Part shown: piece by piece, positions 37,628 through 46,968 of the stretch | How the letters are laid out: each line of letters opens with the position of its first letter | How positions within the stretch are numbered: the stretch's first letter is position 1 | Assembly (NCBI GenBank): GCA_945890715.1 | Contig: CAMDCX010000001.1 | Coordinates: 13,751-77,750, forward strand | Reading direction: 5' to 3' | DNA length: 64,000 nucleotides | From: PVC group bacterium | Lineage (GTDB): Bacteria; Verrucomicrobiota; Kiritimatiellia; CAIKKV01; CAITUY01 | Notes under the pieces: model-generated | Databases searched by the model: none | The model's input: the letters and a program-made list of their open reading frames with translations, nothing else | Told to the model about the DNA's origin: nothing | Position numbers and translations under genes: made by a program

Positions 37628-37917
37628 AAAAAGAATTATTCGAAAAATTGGTCACAAGCATAACTCAGGTGGATCGGATCAGAAAAGGGGTTTTGGCGCC
37701 TGGGCGAATCTATAAATACCGCTCTGTCGATGTGAAACGTATCCGAAGCGGCTTGCATGTGTCTCAAAGTCAGTTTGCCATGATGATTGGTGTGAGCAAG
37801 GCGACTCTCCAGAACTGGGAGCAGGGGCGCCGTGATCCGGAGGGTCCTGCGCAAGCCCTTTTACGTATCGTGGAAAAACAACCCAAGGCTGTTTTGGAAG
37901 CTTTGCGGGCATCATGA
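37624..37917 (+). CDS. higA: XRE-HTH antitoxin (HigA/NadS-like)
   Basis: 'SQSQFA..IGVS..TLQNWEQGRR.P.GPA..LL'; ATGA overlap with the toxin. Confidence 0.88.
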   Translation: MKKELFEKLVTSITQVDRIRKGVLAPGRIYKYRSVDVKRIRSGLHVSQSQFAMMIGVSKATLQNWEQGRRDPEGPAQALLRIVEKQPKAVLEALRAS

Positions 37918-38018
37918 TAGGCTGTGGGAACACTGGGTGACACCCAGGCAATTTGATTTGCTCCGCTTTTTCAAACGGCGGCGAATTCGAGTGAACAATG
38001 GTACGGAGTTTTTGAAAT

Positions 38019-39086
38019 ATGAGTCATGAGATTAGCAAAACTGTGATGAAGGGCCGGGAAGGCGTGGCGGCCGAACCGCATGGCCAGCTTCTTGTCTATC
38101 AGTCTGAGGATGGGCGGGTGAAGATAGAGGTTCGGCTCGAGAACGAAACGGTCTGGCTGACTCAGAAAAACATGGCGGATTTGTTTCAGACAACCAAGCA
38201 AAACATCAGCCTGCATCTTCAAAACATATTCAAAGAGAATGAGTTAGTAGAGATTTCAGCTGTCAAGGAATCCTTGACAACTGCCAGTGATGGCAAGAGT
38301 TACCAAACGAAAGTCTACAACCTCGACGCCATCATTTCCGTTGGTTACCGGATCAAGAGTGCTGTGGCCACCCGGTTCCGAATCTGGGCCACCCAGCAAC
38401 TCCGCGAGCTTATCGTTAAGGGCTTCGTCCTCGACGATGAGCGCCTCAAAAATCCTGATCGACCTTTTGATTACTTTGACGAACTGCTACGCCGGATTCA
38501 GGATATCCGTACTTCCGAGCGGCGGTTTTACCAGAAGATCACGGACATCTATGCCACGAGTATTGACTACGACCCCACGCGGTCGGAAAGCATTGAGTTC
38601 TTTCAGACGGTTCAGAACAAACTGCACTGGGCTATTACCGGTCAGACGGCGGCAGAGATCATCCATGTCCGCGCTGACAGCGCTAAACAAAACATGGGTT
38701 TGACCACTTGGCGTGGTGCCAAGGTGCGCAAGGAGGATGTGGCCATTGCCAAGAATTATCTCACTGAGCCGGAACTCGCCGCGCTGAACAACCTTGTTGA
38801 ACAATACCTAGTTTTTGCCGAAGGCCAGGCAATGCGCCGCGTGCCCATGCACATGAAGGACTGGATCACCAAGCTGCACGCTTTCCTGACGATTAACGAC
38901 CGCGACATCCTGACCCATGCGGGGCGGATTTCCCATGAGATGGCCTTGGAACAGGCCGAGGCGGAGTACGAGAAATTTAGCCGCAAACGCATTCAACAGT
39001 GTGATGGTGCAGGCGGTGATTTCGAGAAAGCCATCAAGCACTTGCCTCCACCACCAAAACCTATAAAAAAGAAAGTGAAGAAATGA
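38019..39086 (+). CDS. rhuM: Virulence RhuM family protein
   Basis: 'ETVWLTQ..MA.LF', 'YNLDAIISVGYRI.S..AT.FR.WAT', 'IRTSERRFYQK'. Confidence 0.88.
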   Translation: MSHEISKTVMKGREGVAAEPHGQLLVYQSEDGRVKIEVRLENETVWLTQKNMADLFQTTKQNISLHLQNIFKENELVEISAVKESLTTASDGKSYQTKVYNLDAIISVGYRIKSAVATRFRIWATQQLRELIVKGFVLDDERLKNPDRPFDYFDELLRRIQDIRTSERRFYQKITDIYATSIDYDPTRSESIEFFQTVQNKLHWAITGQTAAEIIHVRADSAKQNMGLTTWRGAKVRKEDVAIAKNYLTEPELAALNNLVEQYLVFAEGQAMRRVPMHMKDWITKLHAFLTINDRDILTHAGRISHEMALEQAEAEYEKFSRKRIQQCDGAGGDFEKAIKHLPPPPKPIKKKVKK

Positions 39087-39490
39087 GCCAGGTAAAACAA
39101 CTATTCCAAGTGATTCTCATGGGTTTTCTCTTCAGCTGCCAGGCTTGTTCTACCGCGAAATTATGGGAGGACGCCGATCCGAATGCCCGTATTTGGATGG
39201 ACGCGGATAAGACGACTGAGGCGGCTTTGAAGGAGCGGGGATTGCATTATCAGGTCTACAATGAGCAGGGGGTGTCCGGGTTTCTGATCGAGAAGCGCGG
39301 GCTGGAAAGGATGAAGGATTATCAACTCCGGGCATTGGGCACTCCCGTCACCCTGGTTGTGGATGCCGCCGCCACTGTCGTCGTGGTTGGCGTTTATGTC
39401 TTTCTCACGGATCCCGTCGGAACCTGTTCGCTGATCGAAGGCCTTTCGAATGGACACAAGGGCCATGGGGGGCATCATCAGGTTAAATGA
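39083..39490 (+). CDS. Putative lipoprotein, hypothetical
   Basis: Hydrophobic leader ending 'FSCQAC'; overlaps both neighbours by 4 bp. Confidence 0.6.
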   Translation: MSQVKQLFQVILMGFLFSCQACSTAKLWEDADPNARIWMDADKTTEAALKERGLHYQVYNEQGVSGFLIEKRGLERMKDYQLRALGTPVTLVVDAAATVVVVGVYVFLTDPVGTCSLIEGLSNGHKGHGGHHQVK

Positions 39491-40044
39491 GACGTTTTCT
39501 TCCAGGATGGATTGTGTTGCTGGGGCTGGCCACGACGGTTTTCCTGTTGCGTTTTGAGGGGCGTATCTGGTGGTGCGCGTGCGGGAGGCTTAACTTCTGG
39601 GACGGGGATATCTGGAGCGCCCATAATTCGCAGCATGTTTTCGATCCCTACAGCTTTACCCATGTGTTGCATGGCATCCTGCTGTTCTGGATTCTGGGCT
39701 GGGTATTCAAACGAATGGCATTCAAGTGGCAGGTGGCCCTGGCCATTCTGCTTGAGTCCGTCTGGGAAGTGCTCGAGAATTCCCCCTTCATTATTCAACG
39801 CTATCGCGAGGCCACCATCGGCCAGGGGTATACGGGGGATTCGATTGTCAACTCGCTGTCCGATATCCTCTGTTGCGCCGCAGGAGTTCTGCTGGCGCGC
39901 CAACTGGGATTTCGACTGGCTCTCGCCCTGTTCGTGATTGTGGAACTGGCGCTGGCGTGGATGGTGCGGGATAACCTGACTTTGAATGTCCTCATGCTCA
40001 TCTGCCCGATTGATGCCGTCAAACAATGGCAAATGATCCATTGA
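39487..40044 (+). CDS. DUF2585 family membrane protein
   Basis: 'GR.WWCACG', 'SQH.FD.YSFTH..HG', 'WE..EN', 'RDNLTLN'. Confidence 0.85.
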   Translation: MRRFLPGWIVLLGLATTVFLLRFEGRIWWCACGRLNFWDGDIWSAHNSQHVFDPYSFTHVLHGILLFWILGWVFKRMAFKWQVALAILLESVWEVLENSPFIIQRYREATIGQGYTGDSIVNSLSDILCCAAGVLLARQLGFRLALALFVIVELALAWMVRDNLTLNVLMLICPIDAVKQWQMIH

Positions 40045-40141
40045 GGCGGGTGTTGAACAATACTGCCAGGAACGATACTCTCTCTTGGACCGGGATTGTT
40101 GAACTGCAGGGTGGGTAATCATTTTGAAAGGCGGGACGATA

Positions 40142-40507
40142 ATGAATATTTTTTGGATGAGTTTGGTCTTTTTGGCCATTGTTGTTGTGATTGTCAAATT
40201 CGGGCTGGGAACCTCAGGGGCTGATCGTGCGGTGGTCAGTGAAAAAATTCAGAAGGGGGCCGCAGTGATTGATGTGCGGACTCCGTCTGAATTCCGAGCG
40301 GGGCATTACCCAGGTGCGCTGAATATCCCCTTGCAGGACTTGGGCGGCCGGTTGGGTGAGCTGGGGGACAAGAAACGGGCGATTGTTGTGTATTGTGCGT
40401 CCGGGATGCGAAGTGCGCAGGCTGCGAAACGTCTGGCCACCGCCCATTTTACGGATGTCACCAATGCCGGTGGCCTGAGAAGCTTGGAGCAAGCCGTCCT
40501 CAAGTAA
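40142..40507 (+). CDS. Membrane-anchored rhodanese-like protein
   Basis: 'IDVRTPSEF..GH..GA.NIP', 'YCASGMRS'. Confidence 0.9.
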   Translation: MNIFWMSLVFLAIVVVIVKFGLGTSGADRAVVSEKIQKGAAVIDVRTPSEFRAGHYPGALNIPLQDLGGRLGELGDKKRAIVVYCASGMRSAQAAKRLATAHFTDVTNAGGLRSLEQAVLK

Positions 40508-40631
40508 GTGGATGTATGGGTTTCTGTTGTCTATCGTCGGCTGACTGTGATAGAAAAAACGGTTTTCAAGGGGCTGGAATGTTCCAGCGTCGAGGTAATC
40601 ATGGCAGGGACAAAATGAAGGGAAAGCGAGC

Positions 40632-42668
40632 ATGAAGGACATTGTTGTTGCTGACGTTCGAAACTTTGTTTTGATGGGACACACGGCCAGCGGGAAAACC
40701 ACCCTGGCGGATGCGATGCTCTACAAGATGGGCGTCAATGACCGGCTGGGTTCGGTTGATCAGGGCACCAGTCTGGGCGATTACACCGACGAGGAAAAAT
40801 CTCGCAAGACAACAATCTACGCCAAGTCTTTCTGCGGTCTGTACAAGAGTTCCGATGGTCATAACATGGATATCGTTTTCTGCGATACGCCCGGGTATGC
40901 CGATTTCTTCGGGCAGGTAATCCAGGCCAGCCGTATTGCTGGCGCCGCGTTGATTACAGTTGATGCTCATGCCGGAATCCAGGTTGGCACCATGAAGGCC
41001 TGGAAACAGGCGTCCGCCCTTGATATTCCCCGGGCCATTGTGGTCACCGGCCTGGATCGCGAAAATTCCCCGTTCGATAAGGTGATGGCCGACATCAAGG
41101 CCACCTGGGGCGATCGCTGCATTCCCGTTCTGATCCCGCTTCCCGATAACAGTGCCGTGGTGGATGTCCTGGCGGCGACCAGTGTTCCGGACAGCATCAG
41201 TGAGGGCGTGAAGGCGGCCAAGGGCGCTCTGGTTGAAATGGCGGCAGAAACCGATGACACTCTGATTGAGAAGTACCTGGCCGGGGAGTCCCTGACGGCC
41301 CGTGAAATTGCCGATGGATTGCGTCATGCGGTGTTCGATCGGAAACTGGTACCCGTTTTCGCCTGTATGGCTCTTAAGAATGTAGGGGTGGGGGAACTCC
41401 TTGATGGGATTGCCCGGTTCTTTCCGTCTCCTGCCGACCGTCCCATGAAGGACGCGTCCGGCAAGGCCATCGACACCTCGCCCTCCGCTCCGTTCGTCGG
41501 GTATGTGTGGCGTACGGTGAATGATCCCTTTATCGGGCACATGAGTTTCGTCTATGTCTGCGGGGGAACCCTGAAGGCCGATACTGAAGTGTTGAATGTC
41601 AATAAGGAGCAGAAGGAACGGATCGTCCAGTTCGTGGCACTGAACGGGAAAAAGCAATTGCCCATCACGGAGGCCGAAGCAGGCGATATTGTGGCGATTG
41701 CCAAGCTGAAGGTGACGGGACTCGGGGACTCGCTCTGCCAGAATGGGGTCAAGGCGACATTTGAGCCCTTCAAGTTCCCCAATCCCGTCATGTGGTTTGC
41801 TATCGCGGCCAAGACGCAGGGGGATGAGGACAAGATCGGGACAGCGTTGCATAAGTTGGCGGAAGATGACCCGACCATTCATGTCGAGCGCCATCCCGAC
41901 ACCCATGAAACGATCCTTTCTGGAATGGGCGATACCCATCTGTCGGTGGCGGTGGAGCGGATGAAAAAGCGCAATAGTGTGGATGTCGTTTTGAGCACGC
42001 CGAAAATTCCCTACACGGAAACGATTACAGGTCGGGCGGAAGGCCACTACAAGCATAAAAAGCAGTCGGGTGGCCGCGGCCAGTATGGTGAGGTTTACCT
42101 CAAGGTTGAGCCGCTTCTGGAGGGGGATGAGGAATGGTTCGATAATGCTCTCGTGGGAGGGGCTATCCCACACAACTTTGTGCCGGCGGTTCAGAAGGGT
42201 GTCGTCGAGGGGATGACGAAGGGGGCGCTTGCCGGATGCCCGGTGGTGAAGGTGAAATCCACTGTGTATGACGGTTCCTATCATGATGTGGATTCCTCAG
42301 AAATCGCGTTCAAGATTGCCGGAAGCCGGGCCTTCCGGGAGGCGATCAGCAAGGCCAAGCCGGTCCTTCTTGAGCCGATCATGTCGGTCAAGATCACGAT
42401 TCCCGAGCATTTCATGGGCGATGTCAATGGCGACATGAGCCATCGGCGCGGCCGGATTGTCGGAATGGAGTCCGCCGACGGATTGCAGGTGATCACGGCT
42501 GATATTCCCCAAGCGGAATTATTTACCTACTGTGCGGAACTGCGGAGCATGACGGGAGGGCGAGGCTCGTTTGAGATGTCCTTTTCACGGTATGATGTGG
42601 TGCCCTCCAATGTCGCCCAGAAGATCATTGCGGCGGCCGCCAAGGTAAAGGAGGAGGACCAGGATTAA
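40632..42668 (+). CDS. Elongation factor G-like protein (EF-G2 paralog)
   Basis: Five-domain EF-G layout, 'KKQSGGRGQYG', 'DGSYHDVDSSE', 'LRSMTGGRG'; divergent G motifs. Confidence 0.88.
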   Translation: MKDIVVADVRNFVLMGHTASGKTTLADAMLYKMGVNDRLGSVDQGTSLGDYTDEEKSRKTTIYAKSFCGLYKSSDGHNMDIVFCDTPGYADFFGQVIQASRIAGAALITVDAHAGIQVGTMKAWKQASALDIPRAIVVTGLDRENSPFDKVMADIKATWGDRCIPVLIPLPDNSAVVDVLAATSVPDSISEGVKAAKGALVEMAAETDDTLIEKYLAGESLTAREIADGLRHAVFDRKLVPVFACMALKNVGVGELLDGIARFFPSPADRPMKDASGKAIDTSPSAPFVGYVWRTVNDPFIGHMSFVYVCGGTLKADTEVLNVNKEQKERIVQFVALNGKKQLPITEAEAGDIVAIAKLKVTGLGDSLCQNGVKATFEPFKFPNPVMWFAIAAKTQGDEDKIGTALHKLAEDDPTIHVERHPDTHETILSGMGDTHLSVAVERMKKRNSVDVVLSTPKIPYTETITGRAEGHYKHKKQSGGRGQYGEVYLKVEPLLEGDEEWFDNALVGGAIPHNFVPAVQKGVVEGMTKGALAGCPVVKVKSTVYDGSYHDVDSSEIAFKIAGSRAFREAISKAKPVLLEPIMSVKITIPEHFMGDVNGDMSHRRGRIVGMESADGLQVITADIPQAELFTYCAELRSMTGGRGSFEMSFSRYDVVPSNVAQKIIAAAAKVKEEDQD

Positions 42669-42677
42669 GCCTGGCCG

Positions 42678-43586
42678 GTGAATCCTTTTGTTTCATCGTT
42701 GACGCGTTGCGAATTGTGTCCGCGCAAATGCGGCGTAAACCGTCAGGAGGGGCAGCGCGGGTATTGTCGCGCGGGGAGTGTAGCCGAGGTTTTCCGGTAC
42801 GGGCTTCACCATGGGGAAGAGCCTCCTATCTCCGGAACAAGGGGATCGGGAACTGTTTTTTTCAGCCGGTGCACCCTGAGGTGCGTTTACTGTCAGAATT
42901 ATCCCTGGAGCCAGGAGGGGCAGGGGCGCGCGGTGGAGGTCGCTGAACTTGCCGCCAGGCTTGAGAAAATGGACGGGGAAGGGTGTCATAACTGGAATTG
43001 GGTGAGTCCGACCCCCTGGTTGCCCTGGATCTATGAGGCATGGGAAAAAGCGGTCAAGACTGGACACGCGCGTCCAAATGTGTATAACACAAGCGGTTTT
43101 GAACGGGTCGAAGTGCTTCGAGCCATGGAAAACTGGGTGAATGTGTACCTGACCGACCTGCGGTACGCCCGGACGGATTCGGCGCAGGAAGGTTCGGATT
43201 GTCCCGGCTATGTCGAGGCGGCCCGGGCGGCGCTGTTGGAAATGTGGCGTCAGACAGGCCCATTGAAGGTGGATGATGAGGGAATCGCCACGCGCGGAAC
43301 GATCTGCAGGCTTCTGGTGTTGCCGGGGCGGGCGGATGAAGCGGTGGCCAATTTGGAGTGGCTGGCGGAGTCGGTGGGCACCGGGATCCCGGTGAGTGTG
43401 ATGGCGCAGTATACGCCCGCTTACCGGGCACTGGACGGATCGCCCTGGAACCGTCGGCCAACGGTGGAGGAGTACGGGCGCGTGGTTGAGGCGGTGGAGC
43501 GGTTGGGGTTTGTGGACGGATGGGTCCAGGAGTACGATACGCCCACGCCTGAAAATTTGGTTGGATTCAAGATGAGTCCGGGCTGA
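42678..43586 (+). CDS. PflX-like radical SAM protein
   Basis: 'CELCPRKC', 'HHGEEPPISG..GSGTVFF..CTLRCVYCQN'. Confidence 0.85.
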   Translation: MNPFVSSLTRCELCPRKCGVNRQEGQRGYCRAGSVAEVFRYGLHHGEEPPISGTRGSGTVFFSRCTLRCVYCQNYPWSQEGQGRAVEVAELAARLEKMDGEGCHNWNWVSPTPWLPWIYEAWEKAVKTGHARPNVYNTSGFERVEVLRAMENWVNVYLTDLRYARTDSAQEGSDCPGYVEAARAALLEMWRQTGPLKVDDEGIATRGTICRLLVLPGRADEAVANLEWLAESVGTGIPVSVMAQYTPAYRALDGSPWNRRPTVEEYGRVVEAVERLGFVDGWVQEYDTPTPENLVGFKMSPG

Positions 43587-43621
43587 CCGGATGATAACGT
43601 ATCAGGAAAGGCAGGAACGAG

Positions 43622-44377
43622 ATGAGCGGTCATAGTAAGTGGAAGACAATTCAGCACAAGAAGGGCGCGGCGGATGCCAAGCGCGGCAAGATTTTCAGCA
43701 AGATGGCGAAAGAACTGATGGTCGTCGCCAAGGCGGGTGGCGGGAGTCCCGATACCAATACGGCATTGCGCAACCTGATTGTGCGGTGCAAGGCGGTCAG
43801 TATGCCCAACGACAACATTGATCGCGCCATCAAGAAGGGTACCGGCGAACTTGCGGCCGATATCATGGAAGAAATCACCTATGAAGGCTACGCGGATGGC
43901 GGAGTCGGGGTGGTGGTCAAGGTTCTTACCGATAACAAGAATCGTGCGGCAGCTGAAATCCGGCATATTTTCTCCAAGATGGCCTCTGGCTTTGCCTCAC
44001 AGGGCGCGGTCTCCCGCGGTTTCAAGCGACGTGGTCAGATCTTCGTCGACGCGAATGTGGTTGAAGAGGACAAATTGATGGATATCGTTCTCAATGCCGG
44101 CGCCGAGGATATGACCCGGGATGGCGAACAGTTCGAAGTCCTGACCGACCCCAGCGCCTTCACGCCCGTCATGGAAGCTCTTGAGAAGGCCGGCATCAAG
44201 ACGAACGATGCGGAAGTCCGCCTGGTCGCCGAGACCTATGTGCCTGTTACCGACAAGACTGTGGCCAAGTCCGTCATGAAGTTCGTTGAAGCTCTTGAGG
44301 ACAATGACGACGTGCAGAATGTCTACACGAACATGGATCTTGATGACACCGTTATTGCGGCGATTGAAAAGGAATAA
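43622..44377 (+). CDS. yebC: YebC/PmpR family protein
   Basis: 'MSGHSKW..I.HKK', 'YEGY', 'TDNKNR', 'DDVQNVY'. Confidence 0.95.
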   Translation: MSGHSKWKTIQHKKGAADAKRGKIFSKMAKELMVVAKAGGGSPDTNTALRNLIVRCKAVSMPNDNIDRAIKKGTGELAADIMEEITYEGYADGGVGVVVKVLTDNKNRAAAEIRHIFSKMASGFASQGAVSRGFKRRGQIFVDANVVEEDKLMDIVLNAGAEDMTRDGEQFEVLTDPSAFTPVMEALEKAGIKTNDAEVRLVAETYVPVTDKTVAKSVMKFVEALEDNDDVQNVYTNMDLDDTVIAAIEKE

Positions 44378-44388
44378 GGCGGGACGCC

Positions 44389-44886
44389 ATGCGCGTACTG
44401 GGGATAGATACATCGCTACGCTCAACAGGCGTGGGGGTGATTGAATCTCTGGCGGGCAAAACGGTGGCAGTTGAATGCGGTCGGATTCACAACTCCGACC
44501 GCATTTGTTTATCGGAGTGTCTTCGCCGGATTGATGTTGGAATCCGGGATCTCATTCACCGAACAAAGCCCGATCTTGCCTCGATTGAGGATATTTTTTT
44601 CGCCAAGAACGCCCATACCTCCATGGTTTTGGGCGAGGCGCGCGGGGTTGTGATTGCCGCATGCGCCACATCAGGAATTCCCGTCTATCAATATGAGCCG
44701 CGTCGCGTTAAGCAGTCCATCACGGGCTCCGGGGCCGCCGAAAAGGCGCAAGTCCGGAAAATGGTGATGGTCTTGCTGGGACTCAAGGAAGAGCCGCAGG
44801 AAGACGCCGGAGATGCTCTGGCGATCGCCTTGTGTCACCTGAACAGCCGGTCACCCGTGGCCGAGTTGAATCCGAAACCCATTTAA
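44389..44886 (+). CDS. ruvC: Holliday junction resolvase
   Basis: 'LGID', 'IEDIFF', 'ARG', 'DALAIA'. Confidence 0.93.
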   Translation: MRVLGIDTSLRSTGVGVIESLAGKTVAVECGRIHNSDRICLSECLRRIDVGIRDLIHRTKPDLASIEDIFFAKNAHTSMVLGEARGVVIAACATSGIPVYQYEPRRVKQSITGSGAAEKAQVRKMVMVLLGLKEEPQEDAGDALAIALCHLNSRSPVAELNPKPI

Positions 44887-44888
44887 CG

Positions 44889-44992
44889 AAATGATGAAGG
44901 ATGATTTATGAATGGAAGAGCATGCTGAAAGTGCTGTTGTTTACTACTCTTGCCATCACGCTTCATCATTCATCATTCATCATTCATAATTT
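44889..44992. repeat. Degenerate heptamer repeats (ATGAATG / TTCATCA) in inverted arrangement
   Basis: AATGATGAAGGATGATTTATGAATG ... CTTCATCATTCATCATTCATCATTCATAAT. Confidence 0.6.
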
Positions 44993-44995
44993 TCT

Positions 44996-45595
44996 ATGAT
45001 TACATTTCTCGAAGGTATCATCGAAGACAAGCAGCCCACCCATGTGGTTTTGAATGTGGGTGGGGTGGGGTATGAGGTTATTATTTCTCTGAGCAGTTAT
45101 GATCGGCTTCCTGGACTGGGGGAAAAGGTGCGCCTGTTGACGCATGATCATATCCGGGAGGATGCCCACCAGTTGTTCGGGTTTATGACGGCCGATGAAC
45201 GACGGGTATTTACCCTGCTGCTGGGGGTTTCCGGAATCGGGCCCAAGATTGCGTTGTCCGCGCTAAGTGGCATGACGATTCGGGAACTCAAGGTGGCCAT
45301 CAAGGACAGTGACATCAAGCGGCTTAGCGCCATATCCGGAATCGGGAAGAAGACAGCGGAGCGGATGATCGTGGAATTGCGGGACAAGTTTGGCGACGGC
45401 GAAATCCTGGCGGCGGTCGCCGGAGGGCACCCGGAGCTTGAGTCTGATATCAAACTCCGCGATGCCGTTTTAGCGTTGATCTCGTTGGGCTATAAGCGCG
45501 CCGAAGCTCAGGAATTGGTGGTGCGAGTCGTTCGGCAGCCGGCCATGTCCGGAGCCGATGTCGAAGCCATTGTCCGAAAAGCCCTGGCTGGGTAA
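44996..45595 (+). CDS. ruvA: Holliday junction branch migration protein
   Basis: 'GVGYE', 'REDA..LFGF', 'GIGPK', 'GIGKKTAER'. Confidence 0.95.
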   Translation: MITFLEGIIEDKQPTHVVLNVGGVGYEVIISLSSYDRLPGLGEKVRLLTHDHIREDAHQLFGFMTADERRVFTLLLGVSGIGPKIALSALSGMTIRELKVAIKDSDIKRLSAISGIGKKTAERMIVELRDKFGDGEILAAVAGGHPELESDIKLRDAVLALISLGYKRAEAQELVVRVVRQPAMSGADVEAIVRKALAG

Positions 45596-45629
45596 CGCGC
45601 TCGCCGAAGATGCTCTTTCAAAACCCCAG

Positions 45630-45712
45630 CGGACGGCGAGGCCGCCGTCCCTCCCCTCCGCGGGAATCGCCGTTTCTTAATGAATGGGGAGGGTCCGCGG
45701 CCTCGCGGACCG
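45630..45712. repeat. REP-like inverted doublet (GGGAGGG-head family)
   Basis: CGGACGGCGAGGCCGCCGTCCCTCCC ... GGGAGGGTCCGCGGCCTCGCGGACCG. Confidence 0.75.
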
Positions 45713-45740
45713 CCTGGGGATGGGGTTTTGCATGAGCCTC

Positions 45741-46787
45741 TTAGTATTGATTCATTCCCGAGAACTTGCCCTTATCCGTTCTGGTCGAGGAAGGGGGCGC
45801 GGGAGGGGGTAACCCGGTGCCTGTCCCGGGGTCTTCGGTCTGTTTCTTTTTTTTCCATTTTGCGAACAATTCCTCATAGCCAACCCAGAAGCCATCCGGT
45901 AATTTTCCGCCGTTCTTTTTCTCGGTTTCCTCCTCAAACTGAATGAATTCAATCTGGGGGATTCCGGGTGCAATATCCCAGCAGGAGTTATCAATGGAGC
46001 CGGGATTATTCACCATTTTGACTGATCGGGTGATGCTTCGGTCGCCCACTCCCTGATTGATAGGTCCCCAGAAATCGCGCTGTTCGTTGTCGTATTTCGT
46101 TCCCACGGCATCAGCGGCCGTGATTTTCATATTCAGCGTGCTGGCGTCGCCATCCACTTGTTCCTGGGTCAGGCCGAGGGATTGATTTAGGAGACCCGGC
46201 CTGTAATCCACGTTGAGATTCGAAGGCTGGCCATACTGCTCCCTCCAATTTTCCTCCTGCATGGTTTCCCATTCTCCGTGCCAGGCTTTCATAGCCAGCG
46301 AGGATTCCTCCCAATAATTATCCAGACTGGAATTTACAATGGGATGAGTTTCGAAATCCGCAGCGGCATGACAGCGCCAGCCGTAGGCGAACGCCAGATC
46401 CGCCTGGGCACTCGCTACGTCCTTTTCAGCCTGCGCCCGTTCCGCAGCGGTCGTTGCCGCGTTCAAGCGGGCATTTGCCTTAGCCAGGTTATCCGTGGCC
46501 GTTTTCATCAGATTTTCAGCGGTGGCTTTCGGGTCATCACAGTGGGCCGCATCGGAGATCGTGGCCAAGTCGGGGGCACAGGCTCCGCCCCGGAAAGCTT
46601 CCCGTGCGGCCGGATCACTCAGAATGCGCTTCAGAGCGGGGTCGGTCTTGGGATCAGCCAGAAGCTGCTTGATGGTCTCATCGGCAATGATGATGTGGGA
46701 GGTGGGCGATGAGGCTTGGACTCGGGTCAGTAGTCCAGACAGGATCAATCCCAGAACAAGCCAGCGGTTCAATCGTGATGTACTCAT
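45741..46787 (-). CDS. Secreted zinc-dependent phospholipase C / S1-P1-like fold protein
   Basis: Signal peptide; 'TSH', 'GACAPD', 'AH', 'GWRCHAAAD..TH', 'WH..WE' ligand pattern. Confidence 0.7.
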   Translation of the reverse strand: MSTSRLNRWLVLGLILSGLLTRVQASSPTSHIIIADETIKQLLADPKTDPALKRILSDPAAREAFRGGACAPDLATISDAAHCDDPKATAENLMKTATDNLAKANARLNAATTAAERAQAEKDVASAQADLAFAYGWRCHAAADFETHPIVNSSLDNYWEESSLAMKAWHGEWETMQEENWREQYGQPSNLNVDYRPGLLNQSLGLTQEQVDGDASTLNMKITAADAVGTKYDNEQRDFWGPINQGVGDRSITRSVKMVNNPGSIDNSCWDIAPGIPQIEFIQFEEETEKKNGGKLPDGFWVGYEELFAKWKKKKQTEDPGTGTGLPPPAPPSSTRTDKGKFSGMNQY

Positions 46788-46968
46788 GATTCGTGCTCCT
46801 TTTCGATAATGTGAATGGTCACCTTGATAACACAGCGAATTTATCAGGAATCGCCTTTTAAAAAAGATTTTTTTCTTTTTAGCCCGGTTCGAAGTTCAAA
46901 TGAACGGTGTTGACGATCAGGCGCGAATCCCCATAAAGTGTCGTCTCATTCATGAAAAGTGACGGACT

